DNA from: a virus
Taxonomy: Duplodnaviria > Caudoviricetes
Virus record (IMG/VR): IMGVR_UViG_3300032303_002587
Span: 33,153-97,152 of that record
Strand: one strand, 5' to 3'
Length of the DNA stretch: 64,000 nt
This document shows, piece by piece, positions 34,700-44,292 of this stretch; the first letter of the stretch is position 1, and each line of letters starts with the position of its first letter. The position numbers and the translations under genes are program-made. Under the pieces are notes generated by a model. That model was not told where the DNA came from. It saw only the letters and a program-made list of their open reading frames with translations, and made no database searches.

Positions 34700-35590
34700 A
34701 TATATCCTCTCCTTTTTTACATTTAATTTTTCCTCTTGGGAAATTTTATTTTCTGAGGCTAATACAGGTTCTTGTATTGCTTCAACATCTTTTTGTTCTA
34801 TTTCTGTGGCATTTTCTTCTGCTTTTAAGCCAATTTGAATTGGTTGTTCTGGAGGAGTGGCAACTCCTTGAACATCAGCTGCAGGATTTAACGTAAATCC
34901 AATACCAAGAGGAACAACTTTACCTAAAACTTGTCTATAAATTGATTTATTATTATCTAATTTGCCAGATCCACCAAAACCACGAAGGCTATTTTTATAT
35001 TTTTCAATTTCGGCTGCATCTGATATAATTTGAGCGTTTTCTATATTCTTCTCGTTATTATCTAAAACAACAAGATTATAATCATTAAATCCTAATTCCC
35101 AAGAAGCAGATATACTCATGTAATTATCACTAGTTGGATCATTAGATTCTTCAATTTGATCAGCTAGATCTTGATTTACTATTTTCCAAATAACGCCACC
35201 TAAAGTAATATTAAATGGCTCTTTCATTGCTTTAACTTCTTCTGCTGAAAGATTTTCGTTAGTTCCAAATTTACTAAAACTAGCAGATAATATACATCCA
35301 ATAACTTGATTTCTATTGTGTTCAATATTAATTGGTTTGTTAGCAAAATTTTTAGCTATTTTAGCAGCAGTTTCACCATCAATAACATCGCCATTTTTAT
35401 TAACTCTATTGACAACACATGCATCAAAAGCAACAGGAAGAAGATCTACATTGTCTTCTGTGTTTATATTTGGTAAAAATTTTCTTAATTTATCTAACGA
35501 TGCAACAGAAAGATATTTATCTTTCTCTTCACTTACAACTGGGCGAATTTTAATATTCGCAAATAATGATTCATATTTATATTTTTTCAT
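34031..35590 (-). CDS. Prohead protease fused to a C-terminal coiled-coil scaffold
   Basis: NKNGD, KPINIEHNR and SISASWEL (catalytic His/Ser of prohead proteases), TLNPAA; C-terminal E/K/A coiled coil. Confidence 0.85.
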   Translation of the reverse strand: MKKYKYESLFANIKIRPVVSEEKDKYLSVASLDKLRKFLPNINTEDNVDLLPVAFDACVVNRVNKNGDVIDGETAAKIAKNFANKPINIEHNRNQVIGCILSASFSKFGTNENLSAEEVKAMKEPFNITLGGVIWKIVNQDLADQIEESNDPTSDNYMSISASWELGFNDYNLVVLDNNEKNIENAQIISDAAEIEKYKNSLRGFGGSGKLDNNKSIYRQVLGKVVPLGIGFTLNPAADVQGVATPPEQPIQIGLKAEENATEIEQKDVEAIQEPVLASENKISQEEKLNVKKERIYMKITKIEDITDSLLKEATASSVVEFIAEEIKKANDTFVAEKAEKENELKAANEKIANVTAEHEVVKKQVEELNEKLAAIQADQEAKAKEEAFSMRMAALDEEYELNDEERKVLAADIKDLNDEAFSAYKNKMAVLMKDKNKSAKKAKEEKMKEDMKASTISQEAVASETEKVAEKATDEVVNQAVDNGTKASAEIPNSAPAAEPTVQEKYAKAFSLDGFEIK

Positions 35591-35593
35591 AAT

Positions 35594-36100
35594 TTAATCT
35601 ATGTTGAAACCATATGTTACACGATCTTCCTCATCTTCGAGATATAATTCTTCAAGTGATTTAAAATTAAAATCTTTTAAATCGTTATTAATGATATCTT
35701 CTTCTGCTTGTTTATAGTCTAATTCTCCAGGAATTAGATCACCTTTAATAATAAATTCTGATCCAGAAATTTCAAAAACTGTAGATTTAAAATTTTTAAA
35801 AATTTCATTTACTTCACCTTGAGAAATGCGAAGCATTAAATTAACATGAGCAAGAGCTTCTTTATTTAAATTTTTTGAATTATTAAATCCATTTTTATAA
35901 GCTCTTTTTAAATTTGATAAAGTAACTTGTTTAATGTTTTTTTCGTTATGAGCTTTTACTTTATCTTCTAACATAGCAATAATTTTTTTAGAAAATATCA
36001 AGGCATTTTCGGATGTTTTAGTTTTGGCTCTTTTACGAGATTTAGGTACATATTTAGTTTTGATTAAGTCAAAACCTAGCTTCTCTGAATTATTATTCAT
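35594..36100 (-). CDS. Hypothetical protein (head operon)
   Basis: ORF preceding the protease. Confidence 0.75.
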   Translation of the reverse strand: MNNNSEKLGFDLIKTKYVPKSRKRAKTKTSENALIFSKKIIAMLEDKVKAHNEKNIKQVTLSNLKRAYKNGFNNSKNLNKEALAHVNLMLRISQGEVNEIFKNFKSTVFEISGSEFIIKGDLIPGELDYKQAEEDIINNDLKDFNFKSLEELYLEDEEDRVTYGFNID

Positions 36101-36112
36101 GTCTATATATAT

Positions 36113-36119
36113 TATACAC
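36113..36119 (-). promoter_or_regulatory. GTGTATA(AT) variant motif heading the capsid operon
   Basis: Intergenic; also contains a TATAAT. Confidence 0.55.
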
Positions 36120-36150
36120 GTACAGAGGGGATATTTTTAATTAATTTTAA

Positions 36151-36297
36151 TTATTTCTTATACAACTCTTTGGTAACATCATCTGCAGAGCCCATAGTTG
36201 GAGTTTCTGGATATTTTGTGGGTAATTCTCTGCTATCAAAATTGGGTTCTGAGCAACCTATTAATAATAACGGCAATATTAATATTAGTTTCTTCAT
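36151..36297 (-). CDS. Small lipoprotein (48 aa)
   Basis: MKKLILILPLLLIG-C lipobox. Start at 36297 has GTGTAAT 7 nt upstream, so the ORF-track extension to 36390 is spurious. Confidence 0.75.
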   Translation of the reverse strand: MKKLILILPLLLIGCSEPNFDSRELPTKYPETPTMGSADDVTKELYKK

Positions 36298-36304
36298 AAT
36301 AACT

Positions 36305-36311
36305 ATTACAC
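36305..36311 (-). promoter_or_regulatory. GTGTAAT motif overlapping the endolysin stop, 7 nt before the ATG at 36297
   Basis: GTGTAAT-AGTTATT-ATG. Confidence 0.7.
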
Positions 36312-36932
36312 TTTTAATGAATCTTCTATTAATTTGGCTTCTGCGTCTCTTCTTCGACTCATACCCTTTTCTATACTTCCGCCAATCCATATTCTTTTCA
36401 TGCTTCTTATTTGATTAGCTATAAAGGTTAATGCTTTTTGATCAAAAATAGATACTAATTTCATACCATCTCTTATTAATTTCATTTCTCGGCGGCGATC
36501 ACCTTCTAAAGCTGCTCCTCTATTAAATACAAGACTAACCAATCCGCCTTTTGCATCTTCTGGAAGATTATCAAAATTAGGAAAAGTTTGTTGTGTTAAG
36601 TTATAAAATTTAGTTACTGTTTTATTGTTAAATACTTTAAGAGCAAGGTCCCAAGGAATAGATATATCTTTTAATCCTCTTATAAGATCTTTTGCGGCGA
36701 TGCCTTTTATTCCAACTACTTTATATAATCTATCAAAATTTTTTTGAGGTAATTCTTTCCAGTCATTTGTGAATTCTGTTTTATTTACATATCCCAAATC
36801 ATAACCAACACCAATTGTAACTCCACTTTGCTCTCCTGGCCAACTTGGATTTTTTAAGAATTTATTATAATAGTTTTCCCCACCGCCAACTTCAAATTCA
36901 AGAATAAGATCTAAGGATTTTTTACTTAACAT
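36306..36932 (-). CDS. Endolysin (lysozyme-fold muramidase, pesticin-C/GH24-related)
   Basis: LILEFEVG...SGVTIGVGYDLG; LVSLVFNRG; GMSRRRDAEAKL. Confidence 0.85.
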   Translation of the reverse strand: MLSKKSLDLILEFEVGGGENYYNKFLKNPSWPGEQSGVTIGVGYDLGYVNKTEFTNDWKELPQKNFDRLYKVVGIKGIAAKDLIRGLKDISIPWDLALKVFNNKTVTKFYNLTQQTFPNFDNLPEDAKGGLVSLVFNRGAALEGDRRREMKLIRDGMKLVSIFDQKALTFIANQIRSMKRIWIGGSIEKGMSRRRDAEAKLIEDSLKV

Positions 36933-36935
36933 ATT

Positions 36936-39647
36936 TTATAATAATGAAAATACTGGAGTTGTTGTAATTTGAGGGCAATTATCAATAATATAAGGAGCTA
37001 ATTGCCAATTGTTTGATGCAAATTTATCACTATTATTATAACTATTTGTGAAATATACTTCATCTGAACTTCTTATGTCATAAGATCCATTCCCACCATA
37101 GCCATCTGGAGTTAGTGGAGTATTTATATAATAACTAAGACTATCTATTGGTCTATATCTAAAACTCGGTGCATCTAAATAAATCCATGTTCTATTAAAT
37201 ATTGAAAAATTACAGTTAGGGTTTGAATCAAACGGTAAATTATTAAGCACTAATGATTGACCAAAAGTTATAAAATTAATTTTTATTTCAGAAATAGTCA
37301 TCCCATTGCTCCAGCCTTTTTTGGGTAAAGCATCTGGGCCAGCTGTTGGATGAGAAGCGTAGTCTGTTCTACCATCACTATCATAGTAAAATCTCCATTT
37401 ATAGGGTAAAGTTCCATTTTTATTATCCCACCTTACATAAAAATCACAACTATTTTGACTCCAAACACCATTTTGAATTAAAACAAAATCATTTCCGCAG
37501 CCGCCAATTGTATAACCTAAATTTAATTTAATGCTATATGTATTTAATGATAAAGTTTCAAGAAAAAGTGACATTTTCCCACGACCAAGATTTTGTTTTG
37601 TAAAAGAAAATTTTCGTGGCGTAATATTTTGAAATGAAAAAGTTTGTAATTTTTTTTGATTTGAATCAATTAATAAAGCAGTTTTCCCTTGAAAAGTTGA
37701 ATCCCATCCAGTTGTATTTGAATATCTGTAAACATTTATATTAGTATTATTACCAAAAATACTATTAATCGCTGCTGGTAAATTTCCTAGAAAATATACT
37801 TTTCTTAAATTATCGCAATTACCAAATGCATTGCTTCCAATTGTCTGAACTTTCTTTGGTATAACAATTTGAGTTAAATTATTGCATTGGACAAATGTTC
37901 CACCTCCAAGATTCTGTACATTATCACCGATAGTTATATTTTTCAAATTGATGCAACCATTAAACATTCCATCTCCAAGAGTTTGTAAATTGTTGCCTAT
38001 GACTGCGTTTTGTAAACCAGTACAATAATAAAATGCAAGTGTACCAACGCTAGTAACACTGTCGGGAATAACTATATTTTTTATACCGCAACGATCAAAA
38101 GCTTGTTGCCCAAGAGTCGTGACACTATTAGGAATTGTAATTCCTGTTAGCTTTTCGCATTGGGCAAACGAAATATCTCCAATACTGGTTACAGTATTTG
38201 GAATATTAATGTTTGTTAATTTTTTACAATTATCGAAACAACCATATGGAATACTTTTAATACCATTACCTAGAATTACTGTATCTAGATTAGTACAACC
38301 CTTAAATGCGTCTTGACCAATGCCAGTTACGCTATTTGGAATATTTACGTTAGTTAAACCAGAACAATTTTGAAATGCAAAAGCGCCAATAGTCTTTACA
38401 TTATTTCCAATAGTGAGACTCAAAATGGAGCTTTTATTATTAAATGCATTTTCTGCAATACTTGTTGCATTAAGTCCAATAACAACTCCTGTTAATTGGG
38501 AATTTATAATAGGAGCAAAAACATTTGACGAAGAGCTTGTAGTTGCTGAATTATCAGCATAATAGAATGATGATAAATTAGGAGAGGTAATGGTATTTAT
38601 AGTAAGAGTATTTGAAAAAATTCCTGTACCGCCTAAGTTAACCCCACGTACACGAGCATAATAAGTAGTTAGAGCTGATAAATCTGAAACAGTTCGTTCA
38701 TTAACGTTAGCCGTTTGATTTTGAATTATATAAGAATTGAACGCTGGAGATTGCGAAACATCGACTCTATAACTAACGGCTTCAGGAACTGCATTCCAGT
38801 TTAAATAAAAACTATAGTGAGTTATATTAGAAGCTGATATTGTACCCATTGTAGGAGGTGCAGGAAGTAAAGTAGTAAATGTAATATTATTTGAAAAATT
38901 ACTACCACCTGTATTAATACTACTAACACGCGCATAATAAGTTGTAAGTGGAGATAAATTGTTAACAACTTGGCTAGTAGTATTAGTTGTATATTCTGTA
39001 TATGAATTAAAAGTAGGCGAAGTAGATACATCAAGTCTATAACTAGTAGCTCCAGCAACCGTTAACCAACTTGCATTAAAACTATTTGAAGTTACATTAG
39101 AATAGCTTAGTGTGCTAGGTGAAGGTGGCATTATAGTTATAGAAACAGGCAAATAAAAATTGCTAATAGCGCTCCATTGGTTTATTGGCACAGAATTTTT
39201 AGTTTGGTTTGCGGCTGTACAATTAGCTACTGTGGTTATCTGTTCTAAATAGCCTGGCGGATCATAACATGGATAATTATTACAACCAAATGGTGTGCCA
39301 TAAGTTAAATATGTAGTTTGTTTTATTTCCCATCTAGTTAATCCGCCATTCCATGCAAGGCATATCCCATTAACGGCGGTTACTCCCGTTAATCTACCCA
39401 TATAAAAATGTCCAGTAGAAAAAACTGTACCCCAATCCCAATTAGGATCTCCAGCTGCTACAGCAGTTGCTTTAAAAAGAGGAGTTTGATCAGCTAATGG
39501 TTGACCTACAGTTGAGCAAACTTGATTTAGAGCTCTACAACCTTTGTCCCCTTCCCCTTTTGCTGCAATTACTCCTTCAGTACCAAATTCGCCTTGTGAA
39601 CCTAATTTTATCAAAAGCCTAGAATTATCAGAAAATGGGAGGCTCAT
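36936..39647 (-). CDS. Fibronectin type III (x2) and BspA-type leucine-rich-repeat protein
   Basis: Two SFxxxWxxVxxAxSYRxDVS...LTTYYARV FN3 units; about 10 IPNSVTxIGxxAFxxCxxL repeats. Confidence 0.9.
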   Translation of the reverse strand: MSLPFSDNSRLLIKLGSQGEFGTEGVIAAKGEGDKGCRALNQVCSTVGQPLADQTPLFKATAVAAGDPNWDWGTVFSTGHFYMGRLTGVTAVNGICLAWNGGLTRWEIKQTTYLTYGTPFGCNNYPCYDPPGYLEQITTVANCTAANQTKNSVPINQWSAISNFYLPVSITIMPPSPSTLSYSNVTSNSFNASWLTVAGATSYRLDVSTSPTFNSYTEYTTNTTSQVVNNLSPLTTYYARVSSINTGGSNFSNNITFTTLLPAPPTMGTISASNITHYSFYLNWNAVPEAVSYRVDVSQSPAFNSYIIQNQTANVNERTVSDLSALTTYYARVRGVNLGGTGIFSNTLTINTITSPNLSSFYYADNSATTSSSSNVFAPIINSQLTGVVIGLNATSIAENAFNNKSSILSLTIGNNVKTIGAFAFQNCSGLTNVNIPNSVTGIGQDAFKGCTNLDTVILGNGIKSIPYGCFDNCKKLTNINIPNTVTSIGDISFAQCEKLTGITIPNSVTTLGQQAFDRCGIKNIVIPDSVTSVGTLAFYYCTGLQNAVIGNNLQTLGDGMFNGCINLKNITIGDNVQNLGGGTFVQCNNLTQIVIPKKVQTIGSNAFGNCDNLRKVYFLGNLPAAINSIFGNNTNINVYRYSNTTGWDSTFQGKTALLIDSNQKKLQTFSFQNITPRKFSFTKQNLGRGKMSLFLETLSLNTYSIKLNLGYTIGGCGNDFVLIQNGVWSQNSCDFYVRWDNKNGTLPYKWRFYYDSDGRTDYASHPTAGPDALPKKGWSNGMTISEIKINFITFGQSLVLNNLPFDSNPNCNFSIFNRTWIYLDAPSFRYRPIDSLSYYINTPLTPDGYGGNGSYDIRSSDEVYFTNSYNNSDKFASNNWQLAPYIIDNCPQITTTPVFSLL

Positions 39648-39694
39648 TTTAAATTATGATTAACTAATAATAAATTTAACATATAATATTATAT

Positions 39695-40111
39695 TTAATT
39701 ATTTATTTTATCTATTGTCTTGTCTAGGATATTATCTGCTGGGACTTTCTCTTTTAACCAAGAATTCATAACGCCAAAATAAACAAGATGTTCGCTACTA
39801 ATAAGAAATAATTGATTGTTAAAATTATCTTTGTAAGGAGTTATTCCAGCGTCTTCTGTTAAATCAATTGCTTTTTCTTTTTTAAATTTAATTCTGTACA
39901 TTTTAATTAGATTGTTGTATCGTTCACGCGCTTGACGAGTAATAAGCGCATCATCACCAACAAAAGAAATTAGTCCACCATTATCTTTATCATATTGTTT
40001 TGGAGTAGTTGCGTCATATGAAGATTTGTCATCTTCTATTTTATTTGGTGTCACAGTAGCACATCCAACAAGAAAAAAATTAAGAACTAATATGCTTGCG
40101 AGCTTGTTCAA
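39695..40111 (-). CDS. Lipoprotein, putative o-spanin-like
   Basis: MNKLASILVLNFFLVG-C lipobox; overlaps the 3' end of the small membrane gene upstream. Confidence 0.6.
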   Translation of the reverse strand: MNKLASILVLNFFLVGCATVTPNKIEDDKSSYDATTPKQYDKDNGGLISFVGDDALITRQARERYNNLIKMYRIKFKKEKAIDLTEDAGITPYKDNFNNQLFLISSEHLVYFGVMNSWLKEKVPADNILDKTIDKINN

Positions 40112-40280
40112 GATCTTTTTCCTTTACTGCATTTTCGATCCCACTTTGATGATCAACTTCTTTTTGAGCTTCTTGGCGCTCTTTCATTTCTTTTGTATTC
40201 TTCGCACCGAATACGTTATTAATTGCCGCGAATATTCCAGATACTGCTGAAAGTAGTGCTGTTAATATTCCAGTTGGCAT
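40080..40280 (-). CDS. Small membrane-anchored coiled-coil protein, putative i-spanin-like
   Basis: N-terminal hydrophobic helix plus charged coil; overlap with the lipoprotein gene. Confidence 0.5.
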   Translation of the reverse strand: MPTGILTALLSAVSGIFAAINNVFGAKNTKEMKERQEAQKEVDHQSGIENAVKEKDLEQARKHISS

Positions 40281-40282
40281 GA

Positions 40283-40732
40283 TTACTCTACGTAACTTGC
40301 TGTAGCGTCTTTACATCCAGATGCAATAGCGTTAAGTACCTTTACTGCAAGAGCACTATTTCCGTCTAGTCTAGCAAATTGTTGAGCATAAAGATCTTTG
40401 ATTACAGTAACATAATTTGCCCAATGAGTTTTTTCTGCTGGAAGATAATCGTTAAGAGCTTTTTGAAGTTGTTCTGGAGTTGGAGTCGTCCCAACCGTTA
40501 ATGCTTCTACAATTGCTGCTACATTGTTGATCATCTTAGCTTTTTCAATTCTATCGTTACCAGAAACTGCTTGATCAAGAACAACAGTACAAGCTAATAC
40601 TACTGCTGGCTTAACATAAGAAAGAGTATTTTCAACACTTGTTGCAACATCGACTTTTCCAGTTTGAGTTGTAGCGCAAGCACCAAGAAATACGCTCAAA
40701 AGAGCAACTGCGACTAATTGTAATTTATTCAT
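40283..40732 (-). CDS. Lipoprotein
   Basis: MNKLQLVAVALLSVFLGA-C lipobox; GGAGA SD. Confidence 0.7.
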   Translation of the reverse strand: MNKLQLVAVALLSVFLGACATTQTGKVDVATSVENTLSYVKPAVVLACTVVLDQAVSGNDRIEKAKMINNVAAIVEALTVGTTPTPEQLQKALNDYLPAEKTHWANYVTVIKDLYAQQFARLDGNSALAVKVLNAIASGCKDATASYVE

Positions 40733-41013
40733 ATGTTTTCTCCATTTGTTCTATCTTTTGCTTCAGTTGTTTGAGCTACTGTTCCGCCAGTAACTGCTGC
40801 ATCTTTTACTGTTAATGCAAAAATAATACCAGAAACAACTGCTATTAATTTTGAAATTCCGAGTATATAAACTTCTGCATTATCTGGAAGAAATGCTACT
40901 AGTGAAGGATCAGAATGAATTGCTATTGCTGTGCAAACTGCTACAACTGTTGCAATTCCAGATGAGCTAGATCTCCAATTGGGGCCAAATATTTTAGATA
41001 GCATAGTTTTCAT
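40729..41013 (-). CDS. Putative holin
   Basis: 94 aa, NWRSSSSGI start, two hydrophobic segments, ...TVKD; heads the lysis block. Confidence 0.65.
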   Translation of the reverse strand: MKTMLSKIFGPNWRSSSSGIATVVAVCTAIAIHSDPSLVAFLPDNAEVYILGISKLIAVVSGIIFALTVKDAAVTGGTVAQTTEAKDRTNGENI

Positions 41014-41018
41014 AATAG

Positions 41019-41025
41019 ATTACAC
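41019..41025 (-). promoter_or_regulatory. GTGTAAT motif 5 nt before the holin ATG
   Basis: Intergenic copy. Confidence 0.7.
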
Positions 41026-41046
41026 ATTATTACAAAAGAAAAATAT

Positions 41047-43095
41047 TTAATATTCAATACATGGAATAGGAGCTCTGGCTAAAGATGTAACAAATGAGCT
41101 CCCAATTGTAGCATTTAAATCTACGCCAGTGTCCCAAAAAACCGCAGTAGAATTTCCATTAAAAAGAGTTGTATTAAAGGTTGGTTCTCCAAAGATTTCT
41201 CCAAAAGTCTGAGCTGATGATGCCCTAAAGGTTGCAGCTGGTGATGATACTCCTGTGTTTGATGTGGCTATAATATATGGCCCCTTTTTTAGAGTTAAAG
41301 GTATATTTGCTTTGAAAATTCCTGTTGTAGTGCAATTAATAGATCCGCTGTGAAATAATTTAGCTCCTTGAAAACCATCCTGCCCAGAATATATACCATA
41401 TCTAATTGGAAATGAAGATAGTGCGGCGGCACCGCTACTAACTAATTCAATAGCTATTTGTGGATTTACAGCATCTTTTCTAATAAGAAATGGAAAATAT
41501 TGAATATTTTGATAACTTGGCGAAGAACTAGTGGTGCTTCCAACGCCCATAGGTCTATATCTTCTTACTGCAGAGCTTGCTGGAAAAATATCTGCTAAGG
41601 TTGGAATATTTGATGTTCCTAATAAATTAACGGTTCCATCTCTTATACTAATATCAACTCCAGAAAGATTCAAAGAATCAATACTATCTAAATTAATTCC
41701 TTCTGCAAATGTTTTGATTCCGCTAATAATTTGATCTCCAGTTGTATAAACTATTGTACTTGGTAATTGAGCAGCTTCTCCACTTAGTAGCACTCCAGTA
41801 TTATTAACCATCGGGCGCGATGAAAATGTTTTAATTCCACCGATAGTTTGATCTCCAGCAGTATAAACTCCGTTAGTAACAGTAGCAGCGTTACCATTAA
41901 TTGACCCAGCTATAGTGCTAGAAAATGTTTTCGTCCCAGCGATAGTTTGATTGCCATCTAATAAAACTGCTTTTCCACTTAATCCCGTGACAAGAGAAAC
42001 TGAAGCTATTTCATTTAAATATTCAATATCGTCATTTCTAGAAGCAATTCCAAAGACCCATTTATTTCCAGGAGAATCATAACCTAAAACTGCTCCGCTG
42101 TCATTTATTCCACTCAGCCCACTTCCAGTAATGAAGAAAATTCCGCCATCGGTTGCTGGACCGTGAACTCCACCTCCACCAGTAACATTAAGAAGCATGT
42201 AGTTACTTCCAACGTTTATACTGCTTGTATTGATGATAGATTGTATGCCCGTTACTGTTAAATTATTTATAGTTAAATTTCCTAAAAATGTTTTATTACC
42301 ACTTACATTTTGATTTCCCGTTAAAGAAACAACTTCATCAGATAAAGCTATATCTCTAAGAGAATAATCACCAGTATTTAATATTTGTGGTCTTCGATTT
42401 TGAAAATAATAACTATCTCCTTGAAAAACTAAACCATGATAATCAGGATCAAAAATTATTGATGTTTCTTTTGTATCATTAGCTAAAACAAATTTCATTC
42501 CTTGTGGCGTATCATCTAAGCCACTTATAACAAGATTATAATCATCATCTGAATAAATAGCGTTTTCAGGACCACCTATTTGTATTGCGCCTTGAAATTT
42601 TTTATTCCCATGAATAGTTTGATTTCCGTTTAACAATACTCCTTCACCAACTAGGACTATTCCAGAATAATTAACATACGGTCTTTTATTTAAATTTAAA
42701 ACTCCTGTTTTATAACTTACATTAATATAATCTCTAACTATTGTTCCGTCGTCATTGTACTTAGTTCCAAATAGAAATCTTGCCGCTTCACCAGAGTTAA
42801 ATTGAATAAATGCAAATTTGCTACTTGGAGCATTTTTTCCCATTTGAAAACTATGCTTATTATTTGTTAAAATAATATCTTTATTACCAAAATTCAAATT
42901 AATTATTGGAATAGTTTGTTCGTCGTTTCCAGAAACAAAAACTATTGGATCTATGAAATATTGTTCTATTCCACTTAAAACTAAAGCGGCTTTACTGCTT
43001 CCACTAATTTGATTAAAAGAAAAACTATTATATGGATAATTTGAAATTATATTACTATTCATTATGAACTCTATACATAAGGATGGGTTACGCAA
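41047..43095 (-). CDS. Fibre-like virion protein with G(N/D)QTIxGxKTF repeats (alternative start 43062)
   Basis: Five G(N/D)Qx(I/V)xGxKxF repeats typical of phage fibre shafts. Confidence 0.75.
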   Translation of the reverse strand: MRNPSLCIEFIMNSNIISNYPYNSFSFNQISGSSKAALVLSGIEQYFIDPIVFVSGNDEQTIPIINLNFGNKDIILTNNKHSFQMGKNAPSSKFAFIQFNSGEAARFLFGTKYNDDGTIVRDYINVSYKTGVLNLNKRPYVNYSGIVLVGEGVLLNGNQTIHGNKKFQGAIQIGGPENAIYSDDDYNLVISGLDDTPQGMKFVLANDTKETSIIFDPDYHGLVFQGDSYYFQNRRPQILNTGDYSLRDIALSDEVVSLTGNQNVSGNKTFLGNLTINNLTVTGIQSIINTSSINVGSNYMLLNVTGGGGVHGPATDGGIFFITGSGLSGINDSGAVLGYDSPGNKWVFGIASRNDDIEYLNEIASVSLVTGLSGKAVLLDGNQTIAGTKTFSSTIAGSINGNAATVTNGVYTAGDQTIGGIKTFSSRPMVNNTGVLLSGEAAQLPSTIVYTTGDQIISGIKTFAEGINLDSIDSLNLSGVDISIRDGTVNLLGTSNIPTLADIFPASSAVRRYRPMGVGSTTSSSPSYQNIQYFPFLIRKDAVNPQIAIELVSSGAAALSSFPIRYGIYSGQDGFQGAKLFHSGSINCTTTGIFKANIPLTLKKGPYIIATSNTGVSSPAATFRASSAQTFGEIFGEPTFNTTLFNGNSTAVFWDTGVDLNATIGSSFVTSLARAPIPCIEY

Positions 43096-43904
43096 TTAAT
43101 ATAAATACCTTTATTCTCCAATGAGTCTTGTCCAAAAGTATATCCATAATTAGAACAATTTTTAAATGTGCCCTTTATTTGAGTTGCTTGAATACCAAAA
43201 GAAGCTTCTCGCGCATGACAATTTTCAAAATTCCCATTAACTTCTATACCAGCAAAACCAAAAGATAAAAAACCACCAATACAATTCGTAAAAGTTCCAT
43301 TTACCCATCCAAAAGCACCAAAAGAATAATTACCAGCATAAACATTATTGTAAGTACCATTATAAGTTGTTCCAATTCTCATTGATTGAACAGATTCTTT
43401 GAGGGTAATAAAATTAACATTTTCTATATATGTATATCCAAAATTTTCTCCTGGACCAATATTTCTAAAATATGCAGATGGTAATAAATTCAATCTATCT
43501 TGAAAATATCGTTTATCTTCTCTCGATAAATTTTCTGTATGCCATAAAGATATGTAAGATAAGTTGGTATTTTTAATTGTTAAATTTCTTAAAACAACAT
43601 CATCTTTTAATTGATTAATTGTTCCATTATTTTCAACTCCAATATCTGAAGTTATAACACTTCGATCTTTTTCATCTAAACCAATAATATCAATACATTG
43701 ATAATTTAAAACCAAAGAAGATTTTCCTAAATCAAAAGTTCCAGGCTCTAGATATATAGTATATCTATTTTCTCTATTAAAAAGCTGCCGTGAAATTTCA
43801 TAATATTTTGAAAGTAAATTTTTTCCATTTTCTAAAGGATCTTCACCAGCTTTTAAGATAAAACTTTTAGAAGATTCTCTAGGTATTAAATTAAGATAGT
43901 TCAT
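43071..43904 (-). CDS. Parallel beta-helix protein (pectate-lyase-like fold)
   Basis: IYLEPGTFDL; LRNLTIKNT; repeated GTFxNCxxxxxSFG. Confidence 0.6.
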   Translation of the reverse strand: MNYLNLIPRESSKSFILKAGEDPLENGKNLLSKYYEISRQLFNRENRYTIYLEPGTFDLGKSSLVLNYQCIDIIGLDEKDRSVITSDIGVENNGTINQLKDDVVLRNLTIKNTNLSYISLWHTENLSREDKRYFQDRLNLLPSAYFRNIGPGENFGYTYIENVNFITLKESVQSMRIGTTYNGTYNNVYAGNYSFGAFGWVNGTFTNCIGGFLSFGFAGIEVNGNFENCHAREASFGIQATQIKGTFKNCSNYGYTFGQDSLENKGIYINCVTHPYV

Positions 43905-43910
43905 TTTAAA

Positions 43911-44291
43911 TTATATTCCTGGATTACTTGTGATGGTTGCCCATCCAGAGTAATACGAGTTGTTTACACCTAATAATTCTATGGATTCGTTTTTTTCCAA
44001 AGATATTGAATCAACGCTATCTATATATGCAGAGCCAGTTATAGTTGTAATTCCACTACCAATATTTTTTATATTAAATCTTAATCCGTTTGATACTGTA
44101 GGTAAAAAACCAGTAACTCCAGAAGCATAATTTACTAAATTTAAGTAATTGCCTGTGATATTAAAATTACCAGTATGATAAGTAAAATTACTACTAATAA
44201 CACCAATATTGCTAATTCCAAGAAATGATTGATTTATATATCCAGAAAGTTCCGCCACATCTAATTGCTTCAAACGAATTAAATTTGGCAT
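43911..44291 (-). CDS. Small virion structural protein
   Basis: LPTVSNGLRFNIKNIGSGITTITG...IDSVDSISL pattern of small fibre-associated domains; follows the portal. Confidence 0.55.
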   Translation of the reverse strand: MPNLIRLKQLDVAELSGYINQSFLGISNIGVISSNFTYHTGNFNITGNYLNLVNYASGVTGFLPTVSNGLRFNIKNIGSGITTITGSAYIDSVDSISLEKNESIELLGVNNSYYSGWATITSNPGI

Positions 44292-44292
44292 A

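Noticed and set aside
36298-36390. ORF-track N-terminal extensions (36390, 31866, 58281, 62697, 5484)
   Set aside because: They overlap neighbouring genes or promoter motifs. Downstream starts fit the lipobox, motif spacing or paralogue alignment better.
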